64,000 nt of DNA from Bacillota bacterium (lineage in GTDB: Bacteria; Bacillota; Clostridia; Christensenellales; Borkfalkiaceae), in contig JAHZBZ010000006.1 in NCBI GenBank assembly GCA_019423125.1, positions 42,404-106,403 of the forward strand, given 5' to 3'. A program made the position numbers and the translations under genes. The notes beneath the pieces were generated by a model, which was not told the DNA's origin, made no database searches, and was given only the letters and a program-made list of their open reading frames with translations. Each line of letters starts with the position of its first letter. Position 1 is the stretch's first letter. Of this stretch, positions 1 through 8,543 are shown in pieces.

Positions 1-1260
1 ATCCTCGCGCTCGTGCTCTCGGAGACGGGCGAGGAGGCGCGCCTGCTCTCCCTGCCCTGCGGCGGCGAGCGGGTGCGGCGGGTACACCGCCTGATCGCGG
101 AGGCGGGCGAGCTGAGCGTCGGGGAGTTCCTCGAAAAGCTCAGAGACGGCGGCTATAAGGTCGGGTTCTCGGAGAGCGGCGGCGAAAACGCCGTGCGCAT
201 GATGTCCATGCACGCCGCGAAGGGGCTGGAATTCCCCGTCGTCATCGTCGCGGGGCTCAACGAGACGTTCAGCACCAAGGATTTCCGCGGCACCTTTTAC
301 GACGACGAGTGGGGGTTTGCGATGCAGGCGTACGATACGCAGGCGCGCACCCGCCGCGAGACCCTCCTGCGCGCGCTCCTGCGCCGCCGCATGGTGCACC
401 GCCGCGCCGAGGACGAGATGCGCCTGCTCTACGTCGCGCTCACCCGCGCGCGCAACAGCCTGCACCTCGTGTTCTCCAAGCGGCAGGCTTTCGACGCGGA
501 CAAGGTCGCCGAGGCGACCAATTTCGCCTGCTTCATCGACGCCGATCTGTTCGCGTCCGACGAATCCCCCGTGTTCGCTGCGCAGACCGCCCCGCCCGCG
601 GCACGTGTACTGACGGCGGAAGGGGACGCGCGCGTCCGCCGCGCGGTGGAGGCGCAGTATGCCGCGCCCTATCCGCACGCCGACTCGCTGAACATCCCCG
701 TCAAGACGAGCGCTTCCGCGCTCCTGCGCGCGCGGCGGGAGGAGGAAGGGCAGTCCTTCGAGCGCCCGCCCGCGGATGCGGAGGCGCAGGACGCCGAGAC
801 GGGCACCGCCTATCACGCCTTTCTCGAGCGGGCAGACTTTTCCGCGCCGCCCGCCGAAGAGGCGGTGCGCCTGTACAGAGAGCTGTGCGCGGAAGGGGAG
901 ACCCGTCTTGACGAGAAGAAGATGAGGGACATCCTCTCCCTGCCCATTTTCCGCGAGCTGGAGGGGTACACGCTGTACCGCGAGCGGGAGTTCCTGCTCA
1001 CCCTGCCCGCCTGCGAGGTGTTCCCCGTCTCCGCGCGCGACGAGGTGCTGGTGCAGGGCGTCATCGACCTGATGGCGGTGCGCGGCGGGGAGTGCCTGGT
1101 CGTCGACTACAAGTTCTCCTCCCATTCGGCAAAGCGGCTGGCGCGCGATTACGCCCCGCAGCTTTCGGTGTACGCCGCGGCGGCGCGGCGGGCGGCGGGC
1201 GTCGAGAAGGTGCGCACCTGCCTTCTCAACATCCTGCGCGGCGAGATCGTCGACGTGTAA
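1..1260 (+). CDS. addA: ATP-dependent helicase/nuclease subunit A (AddA/UvrD-like), C-terminal part; 5' end lies outside the window
   Basis: The reading frame is open from nt 1. It has UvrD-type helicase C-terminal motifs (VRMMSMHAAKGLEFPVV, LLYVALTRAR) followed by a PD-(D/E)XK nuclease-like end (VIDLM...VVDYKFS). Confidence 0.8.
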   Translation: MLALVLSETGEEARLLSLPCGGERVRRVHRLIAEAGELSVGEFLEKLRDGGYKVGFSESGGENAVRMMSMHAAKGLEFPVVIVAGLNETFSTKDFRGTFYDDEWGFAMQAYDTQARTRRETLLRALLRRRMVHRRAEDEMRLLYVALTRARNSLHLVFSKRQAFDADKVAEATNFACFIDADLFASDESPVFAAQTAPPAARVLTAEGDARVRRAVEAQYAAPYPHADSLNIPVKTSASALLRARREEEGQSFERPPADAEAQDAETGTAYHAFLERADFSAPPAEEAVRLYRELCAEGETRLDEKKMRDILSLPIFRELEGYTLYREREFLLTLPACEVFPVSARDEVLVQGVIDLMAVRGGECLVVDYKFSSHSAKRLARDYAPQLSVYAAAARRAAGVEKVRTCLLNILRGEIVDV

Positions 1261-1320
1261 GGGGGCTGTCAGGAGCTCCCCACGCGAAAAGCGACGCGAT
1301 TTTCCCGTAAACGACAAAAA

Positions 1321-1345
1321 GTCCCGCATAAAAGCGGGGCTTTTC
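1321..1345 (+). terminator. Intrinsic terminator after addA
   Basis: GTCCCGC-ATAAAA-GCGGGGC hairpin followed by TTTT. Confidence 0.5.
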
Positions 1346-1366
1346 GGCTATAATCGGGAAAAACCG

Positions 1367-2023
1367 ATGGGAGGAAACAACACCTTGACACCAATTACAG
1401 ACCTCTTGGGCGAAGCGCTCGCGCGCGTCGGCGAGGCGTGGAGCGACGCGCTCGTGCTGACCCTGCTCGCATTGCCCTTTGCCTTTCTTCTTGCGGCGGC
1501 GCTCCTTGCGCTCTCGCCCGCACTGCGCCCGCGTTCGCGGCGCTGGGCATTGTATGCGGGCGACGCCGCACTGCTCGTCCTTCTCGCGTGTTCGCTGTAC
1601 GCGGGGGAGCGCATCCTGCCGCTCGTCCTGCTCGCAAAGGCGGCGCAGATCGTGCTCTACGGGCTCGTCTGCGCCCTTCCCGCAAAGGTGCGGGAGAAAA
1701 AGCCCCGCGCGAAGAGGGCGCCCGTGTTTGAGGAGGGAGAGCGCGAATGCGCCGGAAAGGAAGAGACGCTCCCGCCGAAAGTGCGCTGTTTCGGCGAGGA
1801 GGATGTGCCCGCGCAGGTGAAGGACGTGCGCACCGAGTACGCGCAGTCTGTGCTCGAGCGCCTGCGCGAGATGCCGCTGGGCGCGGGCGACCGCCTCGAA
1901 GCGGAAAAATTCGCCGCGCTCCTGTCCGTGTATTCGCAGAAGACGCTCACCGAGAAGGAGGCGGAGTCGCTCAACGACATCCTCGCCGCCCTGCTCAAGA
2001 TGATGGCAAAATACGACTTATAA
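1367..2023 (+). CDS. Hypothetical membrane protein
   Basis: 218-aa ORF with three hydrophobic segments, then a charged C-terminal half. Composition is coding-like and no family was recognised. The start codon has a weak SD. Confidence 0.5.
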   Translation: MGGNNTLTPITDLLGEALARVGEAWSDALVLTLLALPFAFLLAAALLALSPALRPRSRRWALYAGDAALLVLLACSLYAGERILPLVLLAKAAQIVLYGLVCALPAKVREKKPRAKRAPVFEEGERECAGKEETLPPKVRCFGEEDVPAQVKDVRTEYAQSVLERLREMPLGAGDRLEAEKFAALLSVYSQKTLTEKEAESLNDILAALLKMMAKYDL

Positions 2024-2662
2024 CCCCGAGCGCGTGCACAGCAGGGTGAGTTCGAACAGCTTCTGGTTGGCGAGCGCGCGGCGTATGGTCTCCGCGCCGA
2101 CGACGGTGCCGCGGCGCGCGAGCACGTTCCCGCGCGCGTCCAGAAGATCCGCAGGCAGCGTCTTGCCCGTGAGCAGGCGGCTGCCTGCGTTGTTTTTGCG
2201 GGCGGGCGGCTGTTCCTGCGGCGCGGGGGCGGGCGCGGGGGCGGGTGCGGGCGTCTGTTCGCGCTCGGGCAGAAGGATGGCGCAGTTCTCGCCCGCGCGC
2301 AGGCGGGAAGGGGACACCGTTCTCCCGTCCGAAAGCTGTACGGAAAGGATGTTGCACCCGTCCGCGAGCAGGTCCTCGATCTGCCCGACGAACTCCCCCG
2401 CGGGGGTATAGACCGCGCGCGAGAAGGGGGCGGGCACCGCGCGTTCGCAGGGGCGTCGGCGCAGGGTGAGCACCATGGCGGCGTCCCGCCCCGGCTTGAT
2501 CGCCGAATAGGGAAGGGAAAATTCCTCCTCTTCCTCGTCGCAGCATTCCGCGTTGCGGATGTGCCGCAGGGTGCGGTCGGTCGAAAGGCCGCGTATGTAG
2601 CCCGCCCGCTCGCCCGTGCGGGTGAGGAGGGGCATTCCGATGAGTTCTCTTGCGCTTTGCAT
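2018..2662 (-). CDS. PRC-barrel-like (YlmC/YmxH-type) domain protein with a (PA)n linker
   Basis: The N-terminus (ELIGMPLLTRTGERAGYIRGL) resembles PRC-barrel sporulation proteins. There is an internal TPAPAPAPAPAPQ linker and a second similar half (LLTGKTLPADLLDARGNVLARRGTVV). Confidence 0.5.
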   Translation of the reverse strand: MQSARELIGMPLLTRTGERAGYIRGLSTDRTLRHIRNAECCDEEEEEFSLPYSAIKPGRDAAMVLTLRRRPCERAVPAPFSRAVYTPAGEFVGQIEDLLADGCNILSVQLSDGRTVSPSRLRAGENCAILLPEREQTPAPAPAPAPAPQEQPPARKNNAGSRLLTGKTLPADLLDARGNVLARRGTVVGAETIRRALANQKLFELTLLCTRSGL

Positions 2663-2814
2663 GGTTCGTACTCCTTGTCCGAAGTCTTTTTTAATATTTA
2701 TATGGAAACGCGCGCGCGAAAATGTCTTTGCGCGCGTTCGTTCTTTGTCGAGTGCGGACGGACGTTGACAATTCGCGGCGAAAGGTTTATAATAGAAAAA
2801 AAAGGAGGGACATC

Positions 2815-3315
2815 ATGAGCGAAAGACATCTCGTTCTGGTAAAAGAGGGGGAGCGCGTTGCGCTCGCGGAGTACATCGCGCAGCTGTGGCATGCGGCGTA
2901 CGACGAACTGCTCGGAAAAGAGCAGGTGGACTACATGACCGCGCATTTTCAGAGCGCGGGCGCGATCGCGGGGCAGATCGCCGAGGACAACTACATCTAT
3001 TTCTACATAACCGAGCGGGGCAAAAAGCGCGGGTATGTCGCCGTCGTGCCCGAGCCTTCGCGGCTGTTCCTCTCCAAGATCTACCTCGACCCGGACCTGT
3101 ACGGCAGGGGGCTGGGGCAGACCATCCTGGGCGAGATCGCGCACATGGCGCGCCGCCTCGGTCTGGACAGCGTGTACCTGACCGTCAACAAGGGCAACGC
3201 GCGCGCCATCCGCGCCTATGAAAAATTCGGGTTCGTCCGCACCGATTCCGTCGTCACCGACATCGGAAACGGCTTCGTGATGGACGACTACGTCTACGAA
3301 TACAAGCTCGCATGA
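2815..3315 (+). CDS. GNAT family N-acetyltransferase
   Basis: AAAGGAGG lies 6 nt upstream of the ATG at 2815. GNAT motif A is present (YGRGLGQTILGEI...NARAIRAYEKFGF). The stop overlaps the next start (ATGA). Confidence 0.8.
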   Translation: MSERHLVLVKEGERVALAEYIAQLWHAAYDELLGKEQVDYMTAHFQSAGAIAGQIAEDNYIYFYITERGKKRGYVAVVPEPSRLFLSKIYLDPDLYGRGLGQTILGEIAHMARRLGLDSVYLTVNKGNARAIRAYEKFGFVRTDSVVTDIGNGFVMDDYVYEYKLA

Positions 3316-3953
3316 AAGAGCTTCTCGCCGCGCTGGAGGCAGGGCGGCACGAGCGCATCCCCGCGCTGGTCGAGGACAGCCTGACGCGCCATTCTCCGCA
3401 GGCGGTCTGCGACGCGCTCACGGAGGGGATGGGTCGCGTCTCCGCGCGCTACCGCGCGGGGGAGCTGTTCCTGCCCGAGGTGTTCGCCTGCGCGCGCGCG
3501 ATGAACGCCGCGCTGACGGCACTTCGGCCCGCGCTCGGGAACAGGCGTTTTCTCGCCCGCGCCGCCGTCTGTACGGTGCGCGGCGATCTGCATGACGTGG
3601 GCAAGAACATCGTGAAGATGTTTCTGGAGAGCGCGGGATTCGAGACGGAGGACCTCGGCGTCGACTGCCCGCCCGAGCGCGTCGTGCGGGCGGCGCGGGA
3701 GGGCGCGCGGCTCGTTTGCCTCTCCTGCATGCTGACCACCGCCCTTCCCGCGATGGAAGAGACGGTCCGCGCTCTCGAGCGCGCGGGCGTGCGCGGGAGA
3801 ATCAGGCTGATGGTGGGCGGCGCGAGCGTCACGCAGGCGTTTGCCGAGCGCATCGGCGCGGACGCCTACACCGAGGACGCCGCCGCGGCGGCGCAGACCG
3901 CGCGCGCGTTTTTTGAGGAGGAAAGGGATGGAGCTCCGCGTAAAGACGGGTAA
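3312..3953 (+). CDS. Cobalamin (corrinoid)-binding protein, MtaC/MtbC-like
   Basis: Carries the DxHxxG motif (DLHDVGKNIV), SxL (SCMLTT) and GG (MVGGA), plus an N-terminal helical cap. The 213-aa size is typical of methyltransferase-cognate corrinoid proteins. Confidence 0.85.
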   Translation: MKELLAALEAGRHERIPALVEDSLTRHSPQAVCDALTEGMGRVSARYRAGELFLPEVFACARAMNAALTALRPALGNRRFLARAAVCTVRGDLHDVGKNIVKMFLESAGFETEDLGVDCPPERVVRAAREGARLVCLSCMLTTALPAMEETVRALERAGVRGRIRLMVGGASVTQAFAERIGADAYTEDAAAAAQTARAFFEEERDGAPRKDG

Positions 3954-5331
3954 AACCGAGCGCGTTCTCCCCTTCGAGGAGGGGGAGACGCTTTTGTCCG
4001 CCCTCGCGAGGGGCGGTTTTTTGCTGCCCGCCGACTGCGGCGGCAGGGGCACCTGCGGCAAATGCCTCGTGCGCATCGAGGGGGAGCGCGCGCCCGTCCT
4101 CGCCTGCCGCACGCCCGCGCGCGCCTGCACCGTCCTCCTCGAAGGGGCTCTGCGCGCGACGGGGGAGGGCCTGTGCGGCGAGAGGACGCGCTTTTCGGGC
4201 GGCGGAGAGGGGTTTGCGCTGGCGGTGGACGTCGGCACGACCACGCTCGCCTATGCGCTCTGCGACCTCGCGGCGGGCAGGGTGATCGCGCGGGCGGCGG
4301 AGCGCAACGCCCAGGCGTCTTTCGGCGCGGACGTTCTCAGCCGCATCTCCGCCGCGGAGGCGGGGAACGCGGAAAAACTCTCCGACTGCGTGCGCGGTCA
4401 GATCGCGGCGCGCGCTGCGCGGTTTTCGCGCGAATGCGGCGCGCCCCTTCGCACGATCGCGGTCTGCGGCAACACCGCCATGCTCCATCTTCTGCGCGGC
4501 GCGCCCGTCGGCGGGCTTGCGCGCGCGCCCTTCGCGCCCGCCTTTTTGCGCGCGGAACGGCTCACCCTCGCGGGACTGCCCGCGCCCGTGCTCTTTCTGC
4601 CCTGCGCGTCCGCCTTTCTCGGCGCGGACGCGGTCGCGGCGGCAGTCGCGGCGGGGCTGGACGAGCGGGAGGGCGCGCTCGCCGACCTCGGCACGAACGG
4701 CGAACTGCTCGTCAACGCGGGCGGGCAGATATACGGCGCTTCCGCGGCGGCGGGGCCCTGTTTTGAGGGCGCGAGCATCGAGTGCGGCATGGGCGGGCTC
4801 GCGGGCGCGATCTCGTCCGTCCGCGCGGAAAGGGGCAGGGTGGTCTATACGACGGTGGACGGCGCGCCCGCGCGCGGCATCTGCGGCGCGGGGCTGATCG
4901 ACGCGGTCGCGACCTTTCTGGACGCGGGCGTGATCGACGCCGGCGGCAGGATGCCCTGCGGCAGGGCGGACCTCGCCGAAGGGGTGTACCTGACGCAGAA
5001 GGACGTGCGCGCCTTCCAGCTCGCCAAGGCGGCGGTGCGCGCGGGGCTGGAAGTGCTCTTTGCGCGCGCGGGCAGGCGGTTCGACGACGTCTTCGTTGCG
5101 GGCGGGCTTGGATTTTACCTGAACGGGCAGTCCGCAAAGCGCGTGGGGCTGTTCCCCGCGCAGGCGCGCCTGCTCCCGCTCGGAAACGCGGCGCTGGACG
5201 GCACGGCGGCTTGCCTGTTCGAAGGGGACGCGCTCGCGCGCGCGCAGGCGTTTGCCGACCGCGTGCAGACGCAGGAGCTCGCCTCGAACGAGAGTTTCAA
5301 CGCGCTGTTTTTGCAATACATGGGATTTTAG
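3928..5331 (+). CDS. Corrinoid activation/regeneration protein (RACo/RamA-like; 2Fe-2S ferredoxin domain + ASKHA ATPase domain)
   Basis: The N-terminus has CGGRGTCGKC...LAC (plant-type 2Fe-2S), followed by an ASKHA phosphate-1 motif (LAVDVGTTTLAYAL). The ATG at 3928 is preceded by GAGGAGGAAAGGG. Confidence 0.8.
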   Translation: MELRVKTGKTERVLPFEEGETLLSALARGGFLLPADCGGRGTCGKCLVRIEGERAPVLACRTPARACTVLLEGALRATGEGLCGERTRFSGGGEGFALAVDVGTTTLAYALCDLAAGRVIARAAERNAQASFGADVLSRISAAEAGNAEKLSDCVRGQIAARAARFSRECGAPLRTIAVCGNTAMLHLLRGAPVGGLARAPFAPAFLRAERLTLAGLPAPVLFLPCASAFLGADAVAAAVAAGLDEREGALADLGTNGELLVNAGGQIYGASAAAGPCFEGASIECGMGGLAGAISSVRAERGRVVYTTVDGAPARGICGAGLIDAVATFLDAGVIDAGGRMPCGRADLAEGVYLTQKDVRAFQLAKAAVRAGLEVLFARAGRRFDDVFVAGGLGFYLNGQSAKRVGLFPAQARLLPLGNAALDGTAACLFEGDALARAQAFADRVQTQELASNESFNALFLQYMGF

Positions 5332-5356
5332 AGCGGCTCCGCCGCGGGAGGTCTTT

Positions 5357-6724
5357 ATGAAGCTCAACTATCGCTCCACCTTGCTCGTGGGGTTCGCCTT
5401 TTTCTCGATCACGCTGTTCTGGCAGGTGTACGACAGCATGATCCCGAAGGTTTTGGAAAACGTGTTCGGGTTCAGCAACACCATGCGCGGTTTCATCATG
5501 GCGCTGGACAACATCGTGGCGCTGGCGATGCTCCCGCTGTTCGGGCACCTCTCCGACCGCACGAAGACGCGCTTCGGCAAGCGCACGCCGTACATCGTGT
5601 GCGGCACCGTCCTCTCGGCGGCGGCGTTCGTCGCGGTGGGGGTGTGCGCGAGCCCCGGCATGCTCGCGCCCTTCATCGCCGTGCTCGCGCTCGATCTGCT
5701 GTTCATGAGCTCTTACCGCTCTCCCGCGGTCGCGCTCATGCCCGACATCACGGTCAAGCCGCTGCGCAGCCGCGCCAACGCGATCATCAACCTGATGGGC
5801 GCGGTGGGCGGCATCCTCGCGCTCGTCATGATGATGGTGCTCGTCACCGACGAGCCCTCCTCCTACCTCTCCTCTTTTGTCGGGACGGCGATCGTCATGC
5901 TCCTCTCGCTCGCGTTCTTTCTGATCTTCGTGCGCGAGAAGAAGCTGGTGCGCGCGCGCGAGGAAGAGGAAAAGCGGCTGGGCATCGCGGAGGACAACGA
6001 GGAAGTTTCGGAAGGGGAAAAGGGCGCGCGCCCCGACCGCGCACAGCGCAGGAGCATGCTCTTTTTGCTCCTGTCCGTCGTGTTCTGGTTCATGGCGTAC
6101 AACGCGGTCACTTCCTCTTTCTCGGTGTACGCACAGCTCGTGTGGGGGATCGGCGGCGGAGATTTCTCTCTTCCGCTCATGATCGCGAGCGGCGCGGCGA
6201 TCGTCGCGTATGTGCCCGTCGGCATGCTCGCCGCGCGGCTGGGAAGGCGCAAGACCATCTTCGTCGGGCTCGGCTTTCTCTTCCTCGCCTTTCTCGGCGC
6301 GACGGTGTTCGGCACCACCTATTTCGGCTTCGACATCGACTTCTCGCACGGAAATTACTTTTCGGACGGCTGGTTCTACCTGATCTGCGTGTTCTTCGCG
6401 CTGTGCGGCATCGGCTGGGCGACCATCAGCGTCAATTCCTACCCGATGGCGGTGGAAATGAGCCGCGCGGGCAACGTCGGAAAGTACACGGGCTATTATT
6501 ACACCGCTTCCATGCTCGCGCAGTCTGTCACGCCCTTTATCTCGGGCATCCTGATGGACCTCGGCACCGCGGCGTTCGGCGCGCGTGAGGAGGGCATGAT
6601 GCTCCTCTTCCCGTATGCGCTCTTCTTCGTCCTGCTCGCGGCTCTCACGATGTGCTTCGTCCGCCACGGCGACGCGAGGCCGCCCGCACGCGCGGGGATC
6701 GAGGCGTTCGACGTCGAGGACTAA
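5357..6724 (+). CDS. MFS transporter (GPH/SLC45-like)
   Basis: About 12 predicted TM segments with a central charged loop (REEEEKRLGIAEDNEE). Has a GKRTPY-type motif after TM2. Confidence 0.8.
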   Translation: MKLNYRSTLLVGFAFFSITLFWQVYDSMIPKVLENVFGFSNTMRGFIMALDNIVALAMLPLFGHLSDRTKTRFGKRTPYIVCGTVLSAAAFVAVGVCASPGMLAPFIAVLALDLLFMSSYRSPAVALMPDITVKPLRSRANAIINLMGAVGGILALVMMMVLVTDEPSSYLSSFVGTAIVMLLSLAFFLIFVREKKLVRAREEEEKRLGIAEDNEEVSEGEKGARPDRAQRRSMLFLLLSVVFWFMAYNAVTSSFSVYAQLVWGIGGGDFSLPLMIASGAAIVAYVPVGMLAARLGRRKTIFVGLGFLFLAFLGATVFGTTYFGFDIDFSHGNYFSDGWFYLICVFFALCGIGWATISVNSYPMAVEMSRAGNVGKYTGYYYTASMLAQSVTPFISGILMDLGTAAFGAREEGMMLLFPYALFFVLLAALTMCFVRHGDARPPARAGIEAFDVED

Positions 6725-6769
6725 GCTCTTTAAAAAGCGAAAAAAGCGCGCCTGCGCGGGGAGTCCCCC

Positions 6770-6935
6770 GCGCAGGCGCGTCGGTTTTGCGAAAAAGAGA
6801 GGAGCGCGCCGCGCAGGCGCGTCGGTTTTGCGAAAAAGAGAGGAGCGCGCCGCGCAGGCGCGTCGGTTTTGCGAAAAAGAGAGGGGCGCGCCGCGCAGGC
6901 GCGTCGTCTTGCAAAAAGACAAAAGGGGAGCGCCG
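6770..6935. repeat. Tandem repeat, 41-bp unit x4 (last copy diverged)
   Basis: GCGCAGGCGCGTCGGTTTTGCGAAAAAGAGAGGAGCGCGCC begins at 6770, 6811, 6852 and 6893. Each unit carries a short GC hairpin followed by a T-rich stretch. Confidence 0.85.
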
Positions 6936-6952
6936 CAGATGCGGCGCTCCCC
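6911..6952 (-). terminator. Intrinsic terminator for the minus-strand small gene
   Basis: GGGGAGCGCCGC-AGAT-GCGGCGCTCCCC (6925-6952), followed on the minus strand by TTTTGTCTTTTT. Confidence 0.6.
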
Positions 6953-7007
6953 CCTTGTCATTGGTATGCCCGCGAAGCGAGCATGCGGGAAGGAGTCATC
7001 GTATTTT

Positions 7008-7193
7008 TCAGAGCTTTCGCACGGAGATCTCGAACCTCTCCCCGTTCGTGAAACATACGTTCAGCCGCGCGTCACCCGCGTACTCCGCTTTCGCCGTGAA
7101 GAAATCCTCCACCAGCGGGAGAAGCTCTTCGGCAAAGTTGGAGCTCTCCACGGAGTACGCGTGCTTTCTTGTCTTTCGGATATCGTTGTTCAT
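7008..7193 (-). CDS. Small hypothetical protein (61 aa)
   Basis: The ATG at 7193 is preceded by AAGGAGGG at good spacing, and a terminator lies downstream. No family was recognised. Confidence 0.45.
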   Translation of the reverse strand: MNNDIRKTRKHAYSVESSNFAEELLPLVEDFFTAKAEYAGDARLNVCFTNGERFEISVRKL

Positions 7194-7352
7194 ACGTTTT
7201 TCGCCCTCCTTCGGCGTTAGAAACAGTATATACCATTTTTCCGACATCGTAAAGGAAAACTCCGCAGGAAAAAACACTCTTCCTGCCGCTTCCTGTCTTT
7301 GTTTGTCATTTTTTGTCGAACGCGCTTTTTGCGCGGCAGACGGGCGCGTTTG

Positions 7353-7381
7353 TTGCCTTTTTTTTCGCGGCGTGCTATAAT
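7353..7381 (+). promoter_or_regulatory. Sigma-70-like promoter of queH (possibly giving a leaderless mRNA)
   Basis: TTGCCT (7353-7358), 17-nt spacer, TGcTATAAT (-10 at 7376-7381). The queH ATG starts 7 nt after the -10 element. Confidence 0.45.
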
Positions 7382-7387
7382 GTGTGC

Positions 7388-8017
7388 ATGAATAAACCCG
7401 ACTACAACAGGTTGATGAAAGAGGAGATGAACGCGGCGCCGCAGGGTGCGCGCCTGCTCCTGCACAGCTGCTGCGGACCCTGTTCCTCGCGCTGTCTCGA
7501 GGCGCTTATCTCCCGCTTTTCGGTCACCGTCTTTTACTACAATCCCAACATCGCCGACCCCGCCGAATACGCCCTTCGCAGGCGCGAACAGCTCCGCTTT
7601 CTCGCCGAGACGGGCTGGGCGGACAGCCTCGACGCGCCTTACGACCCCGAACGCTTTCTCCGCTTGGTGCGCGGCATGGAAAAAGAGCCCGAGGGCGGCG
7701 CCCGCTGCGAAGTTTGCTTTCGCCTCCGCCTCGAAGAGACCGCCCGCGCCGCAAAGGAACACGGCTTTGCCTGTTTTGCGACCACTCTCTCCGTGAGCCC
7801 GCACAAGAACGCGCCCCTTCTCAACGCGATCGGCGAGGAGCTCTCTCGAAAATACGGCGTGCCCTGGCTGCATTCCGATTTCAAAAAGGAGAACGGCTAT
7901 CTGCGCTCCGTTCAGCTCGCAAAGCAGCACGCGCTCTATCGCCAGAACTTCTGCGGCTGTCCCTTCTCCGCCCGCCCCGAACAAAAAAATTTCCCTTCCC
8001 CCTCGCAAAACATTTGA
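7388..8017 (+). CDS. queH: Epoxyqueuosine reductase QueH (DUF208)
   Basis: LLLHSCCGPCSS and CEVCFRLRLEETA motifs, with C-terminal YRQNFCGC. Confidence 0.85.
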   Translation: MNKPDYNRLMKEEMNAAPQGARLLLHSCCGPCSSRCLEALISRFSVTVFYYNPNIADPAEYALRRREQLRFLAETGWADSLDAPYDPERFLRLVRGMEKEPEGGARCEVCFRLRLEETARAAKEHGFACFATTLSVSPHKNAPLLNAIGEELSRKYGVPWLHSDFKKENGYLRSVQLAKQHALYRQNFCGCPFSARPEQKNFPSPSQNI

Positions 8018-8064
8018 CGGGCGGGGAATTTTTTTGTATAATAAATGCAACTAATTTGGTTGCA
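8014..8064 (+). promoter_or_regulatory. Promoter of the isc operon with a candidate Rrf2 operator
   Basis: TTGACG (8014-8019), 17-nt spacer, TATAAT (8037-8042). Immediately downstream is the inverted repeat TGCAAC-N7-GTTGCA (8046-8064). Confidence 0.45.
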
Positions 8065-8105
8065 ATTACGGAAGGCGTCCCGAAGGGGGCGGAAGGAGAA
8101 GAAAA

Positions 8106-8531
8106 ATGAGGCTCTCGTCCAAATCGCAGTACGGGCTGAAGGCGTGTTACATCCTGGCGCTCAACTATCCCGAAAAGTGCGTGAGCGCGTCCTCTTTGGA
8201 AAAGGAGATCGCGGTCTCGGGAAAATACATCGAAAAGATCATGCGCATGCTCTCGGCGAAGGGCATCGTGCGGGCGGAGCGCGGGGTCTCGGGCGGGTAC
8301 CGCCTGACGCGCGCGCCGGAGAAGATCACGATCGGCGACGTCGCGCGGGCGCTGGAGGACAACATGGAGATCGTGGACTGCGTGACCTTCTGCTGTCCCA
8401 ACTGCGCGACGGGCGAGGTCTGGCGCCGCCTGTACGACGGCATCAACGGCGTGCTGGATTCGATGACGCTGCAATCCATGATCGACGACTACGGCAGGGA
8501 AGGCATCTGCAAATGCCGCCATGCGGGCTGA
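8106..8531 (+). CDS. iscR: Rrf2 family transcriptional regulator (IscR/CymR-like)
   Basis: The N-terminal wHTH (MRLSSKSQYGLKACYILAL) is typical of Rrf2. Has a Cys cluster (CVTFCCPNC) and sits at the head of the iscS-iscU cluster. Confidence 0.8.
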   Translation: MRLSSKSQYGLKACYILALNYPEKCVSASSLEKEIAVSGKYIEKIMRMLSAKGIVRAERGVSGGYRLTRAPEKITIGDVARALEDNMEIVDCVTFCCPNCATGEVWRRLYDGINGVLDSMTLQSMIDDYGREGICKCRHAG

Positions 8532-8543
8532 GAGGAAAAGAAA

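Noticed and set aside
309-1310. Alternate-frame ORFs inside addA (200, 98, 83, 72 aa) and similar nested ORFs inside every real gene
   Set aside because: The composition is Arg/Pro/Ala-rich. They lie fully inside a CDS with clear helicase/nuclease motifs and show no independent start signals.
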